Positions 42,868 to 45,552 of a stretch of 45,552 bases of DNA are shown here, in pieces; position 1 is the stretch's first letter, and every line of letters begins with the position of its first letter. The stretch comes from Candidatus Limnocylindria bacterium (GTDB lineage: Bacteria > Chloroflexota > Limnocylindria > P2-11E). The position numbers and the translations under genes were made by a program. Under the pieces are notes generated by a model, which did no database searches, was not told the DNA's origin, and worked only from the letters and a program-made list of their open reading frames with translations. Location of the stretch: contig DASWDY010000003.1 of assembly GCA_036395035.1 (NCBI GenBank), positions 1 to 45,552 of the forward strand, read 5' to 3'.

Positions 42868-44181
42868 TCATGGCCACAGCCGCTCCGGGACGGGGAGGCC
42901 GAGCGCGCTGCGCGCTTCGCCGACGAGCGCGAGCGAGCCGGTCACGCACACGATCCCATCAGGACGTGCGCCCTGCCGCGCGGCAGCGATCGCGGCGGCG
43001 ACGCTCGGATAGGTACCGGCGAGCCGGCCGCGGAACGCACGCGCGACCTGTTCGGGGGGCATCGACCGGGGACCTGCCGCCGCGGTCGCATAGGCGAGCA
43101 CGCCGCTCTGGAGCGGTCGCGCGATCGCGTGCGGGTCGCGATCGGACGTGCACCCGAACACGAGGTGGATCCTTCGACCGGGGGAACGCTGCCGGAGCGT
43201 GCGCGCGAGGGCGTCAGCGGACTCGCGGGTATGCGCGCCGTCGAGCACGACCGGCGGACGGCCGGGCAGCATCTCGAAGCGACCCGGCCATGCCGCCCTC
43301 CGGAGCCCGGTCGCGATCGCGGCTTCGCCGATGGGACCGACCGACGCGCCGAGCGCGCGGACGACCGCGATCGCGACCGCCGCGTTCACCCGTTGGTGGT
43401 CGCCGGCGAGCCCGAGCCGCACGGTGCGCGAGACCGGGCGCACCGTCGTACAACGGGCGCCGGCGCCGTCGCATGCGCGCGCGAGGGCGCGCGCGGCGGA
43501 GGGTCGCTGTGGCGCGATGAACGTGGGGCGACCGCGACGCATGACGCCGGCCTTCTCCATCGCGATGAGGCCGAGCGTCCTTCCGAGGACGGCTCGATGA
43601 TCGAGGCCGATCGGCAGGATGGCCGAGCTCGACGGCTCCACGGCGTTCGTCGCGTCGTAGCGTCCGCCGAGGCCGACCTCGAGCACGGCGACGCGGCACC
43701 GTCGGGCGGCGAAGTGGCCGAGGGCCGCGACCGTGAGCAGCTGGAACGCGCTCGGCTCGCCGAGATCGCGTCGGCGCCGCCGGAGGCGAGGCACGAGCCG
43801 GGTCGCGTCATCGACCGCGCGCGCGAACGCGGCCGGCCCGATCGCGGTGCCGTCCACGCGGATCCGCTCGCGCCAGCTCTGGAGGTGCGGCGAGGTGAAG
43901 AGCCCCGCGCGCATGCCGGCGGCCGACAGGATGCTCGCGATCAGCGCCGCGGTGGATCCCTTGCCCTTCGTCCCAGCGATGAGCACGCACGTGAGCGCGG
44001 CGTCGGGGGAGCCGGCGAGGTCGAGCAAGGCGCGGGTGCGCGGGACGCTCAGCCTCGGGTCCGGAGGCGACCGCGGGTTCCAGCCGGGTCCGCGGACCGG
44101 ATCGCCGAACCGCAGGAGCCGCGCGGCCGCGGCGTCCTCCGCTCGCGTCAGGGAGAGATCACCTCGCGCCGAGGTCGTCAG
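42868..44181 (-). CDS. folC: bifunctional folylpolyglutamate synthase / dihydrofolate synthase
   Basis: It shows the P-loop IAGTKGKGST, and also TSPHL, LEVGLGGRYDATN, and LDGAHT. I propose a CTG start at 44181 overlapping the true TGA of the M20 gene (CTGACG). In the ORF track it is fused into the 842-aa ORF. Confidence 0.85.
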   Translation of the reverse strand: MTTSARGDLSLTRAEDAAAARLLRFGDPVRGPGWNPRSPPDPRLSVPRTRALLDLAGSPDAALTCVLIAGTKGKGSTAALIASILSAAGMRAGLFTSPHLQSWRERIRVDGTAIGPAAFARAVDDATRLVPRLRRRRRDLGEPSAFQLLTVAALGHFAARRCRVAVLEVGLGGRYDATNAVEPSSSAILPIGLDHRAVLGRTLGLIAMEKAGVMRRGRPTFIAPQRPSAARALARACDGAGARCTTVRPVSRTVRLGLAGDHQRVNAAVAIAVVRALGASVGPIGEAAIATGLRRAAWPGRFEMLPGRPPVVLDGAHTRESADALARTLRQRSPGRRIHLVFGCTSDRDPHAIARPLQSGVLAYATAAAGPRSMPPEQVARAFRGRLAGTYPSVAAAIAAARQGARPDGIVCVTGSLALVGEARSALGLPVPERLWP

Positions 44182-45552
44182 GCCTTTGCGTACTCCGAGT
44201 AGAGGCGCGCCGTCGCGCGCAGCGTGCGCCAGTAGTTCGCGAGGATCACGTTCTCGTCCGGCGCGTGTGCCGCCGAGCCGACGACCCATGCCGATCGTCG
44301 CGTTCGCGAGCTGGTTGCGGTGGCTCACGAGCCACATCGGCGATGTCCCCGCGTTGTTCGGGATCACCTTCGCGGGCTTGCCGTAGGCCTCCTCGAGCAC
44401 GGATGAGCACGCCTTCACGAGGGGATCGTCCATCGGCCCGCGGTATGCGCGCTCGCCTTCGACGTGGTCGACCTGGACGTCCGTGAACCCGTGCCGGTCG
44501 AGGTGCGCGCGCAGCAGCGACGCGACCCGCTCGGGGTCCTGCTCCGGGACGAGGCGGAAGTCGATCTTGCACGAGGCTTCGGACGGGATGACCGTCTTCG
44601 TCTTCGGTCCGATGTATCCCGCGATGATCCCGCAGATGTTCGCCGTCGGCTCGAAGGCCGACGCGAGGTGCGCCTCGCGGTCGCTCCGTCCCCATGCGAA
44701 GGCCTTGATCTTGTACACGCGGCGCGCCTCGTCGGCCTCCCATGGGAGCGCCGCGAGCCGCTCGCGCTCGGACTGCGGGACCGGCGTGACGTCGTCGTAG
44801 AAGCCGTCGATGAGGATGCGGCCGCGTGCGTCGATGAGCGTGGCGAGGGCGGCATGGAGCCGCCACGCCGCGTTCGGCAGATGCGTCGCGCCGGCCGAGT
44901 GCGCGTCGCGCGCGAGGGTGCGCACGCACAGCTGGACGTAACAGATCCCCTTGTTGCCGCAGGAGACGCTCGGGCGTCCGTCGGGATCGATGCCGCCGCC
45001 CTCTTTCAGCGCGCCATCGCCGTCGGTCAGATTCGGATCCTTCTCGAGCAGCCGGTGCAGGTTCACTGAACCGCCCTCCTCCTCGCCCTCGATGAGGAAG
45101 CGGATCCGGATCGGCAGCTCGCCGAACACGGCGCGGTGCGCCTCGACGGCCTGGATGCGCAGGAGGAGGTGACCTTTGTTGTCACTGACGCCGCGCGCGT
45201 AGACGCTGCCGTCGCGCACGCTCGGCTCGTACGGCGGCGTCGTCCACAGCTCGAGCGGGACGGCGGGCTGCACGTCGTAGTGCTGGACCGCGATGAGGGT
45301 CCGGGGGCCCGTGCCCACCTCGCCGACGGCCAGCGCCGGGACGTCCGGGATGCGCACCTCGCGCGTCGTGCACCCGGCGGCCCGCATGCGCTCCATGCAC
45401 CACGCGGCGGCCCGGTCGAGCGCAGCGGGGTCGGTCGCCTCCGAGGGGATCGCGCACAGCTCGCGCAGCTCGTCGGTGAACCGGCGCTGGTTCTCGGTGA
45501 TGTACCGGTCGAGCGCGTCCGGCGTCGCTATCGCTGCTCTCTCTTGATCACA
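44178..45552 (-). pseudogene. M20 family metallopeptidase (dipeptidase-like) with a 1-nt frame disruption near 44284-44287; 5' end at or beyond the window edge
   Basis: The N-terminal 370 aa are in the frame of ORF 42868..45396 (VQHYDVQP, GVSDNKG, LIEGEEEGGS). The conserved C-terminus VVGSAAHAPDENVILANYWRTLRATARLYSEYAKA-stop (44285..44178) is in a different frame. This could be a sequencing error rather than true decay. Confidence 0.6.

Noticed and set aside
42868-45396. 842-aa ORF that looks like a bifunctional M20 peptidase-FolC fusion protein
   Set aside because: The 70 or so residues linking the two halves are Arg-rich off-frame sequence. The genuine M20 C-terminus (HAPDENV...YAKA-stop) is present in another frame, ending at 44178. 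The fusion is therefore an artefact of a 1-nt frame disruption plus the lack of stops in a high-GC off-frame.
1-45552. Search for CRISPR arrays, tandem repeats, transposase/integrase/recombinase genes, prophage or defence-island hallmarks, and rRNA or tRNA genes
   Set aside because: I found no regularly spaced direct repeats and no recognisable mobile-element or defence protein motifs. The only repeated sequence I could find is the two-copy palindromic element.

Overview
This is a high-GC (roughly 70%), very compact bacterial chromosomal window with about 50 genes. Many gene pairs are joined by ATGA, GTGA or TAGTG stop/start overlaps. I saw no rRNA, tRNA, CRISPR array, transposase or integrase.

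Content from left to right:
(1) A minus-strand envelope-stress-like operon (616-6554): ECF sigma, anti-sigma, ABC-2 exporter, DUF4386, DUF3224, HtpX and an alpha/beta hydrolase.
(2) An eight-gene heme operon (6599-14594): hemA-hemC-hemD-hemB-hemL-hemQ-hemE, then a 269-nt low-GC spacer, then hemH. This is the coproporphyrin-dependent route, and no coproporphyrinogen oxidase gene lies in the cluster.
(3) Miscellaneous genes: a lipoprotein, DUF1003, orn, a short MFS, a YflT-like stress protein, EamA, MarR, a NifX-like protein and an M24 peptidase.
(4) A lipoprotein-protease island around a second ECF sigma (22157-26702), followed by a rhodanese-ThiF fusion.
(5) A tightly coupled six-gene plus-strand operon of unknown function (28142-33123).
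(6) DUF4260, a 1117-aa adenylate cyclase-STAND ATPase-TPR protein, an aminotransferase, an F420-type LLM oxidoreductase and a large PD40 propeller protein.
(7) A catalytically degenerate FolC paralogue, a SnoaL-like protein, an ASCH protein, the true folC, and an M20 peptidase whose frame is broken 36 codons before its end.

I cannot point to one self-evident new multi-gene system. The most unusual signals are:
(a) Seven genes have conserved N-termini or signal peptides that lie upstream of any ATG/GTG/TTG. They seem to initiate at CTG (three times in an identical CTGACG stop/start overlap) or at ATA.
(b) Two copies of a long palindromic intergenic element carry a compensatory base change in the terminal stem.
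(c) The M20 frameshift makes the ORF track show an artefactual 842-aa M20-FolC fusion.
(d) Several pseudoenzyme-like paralogues are present: a dead FolC, an MBL fold without the His motif, and S41 peptidases with Cys at the catalytic Lys position.

All family calls are by-eye motif recognition and need HMM or BLAST confirmation.
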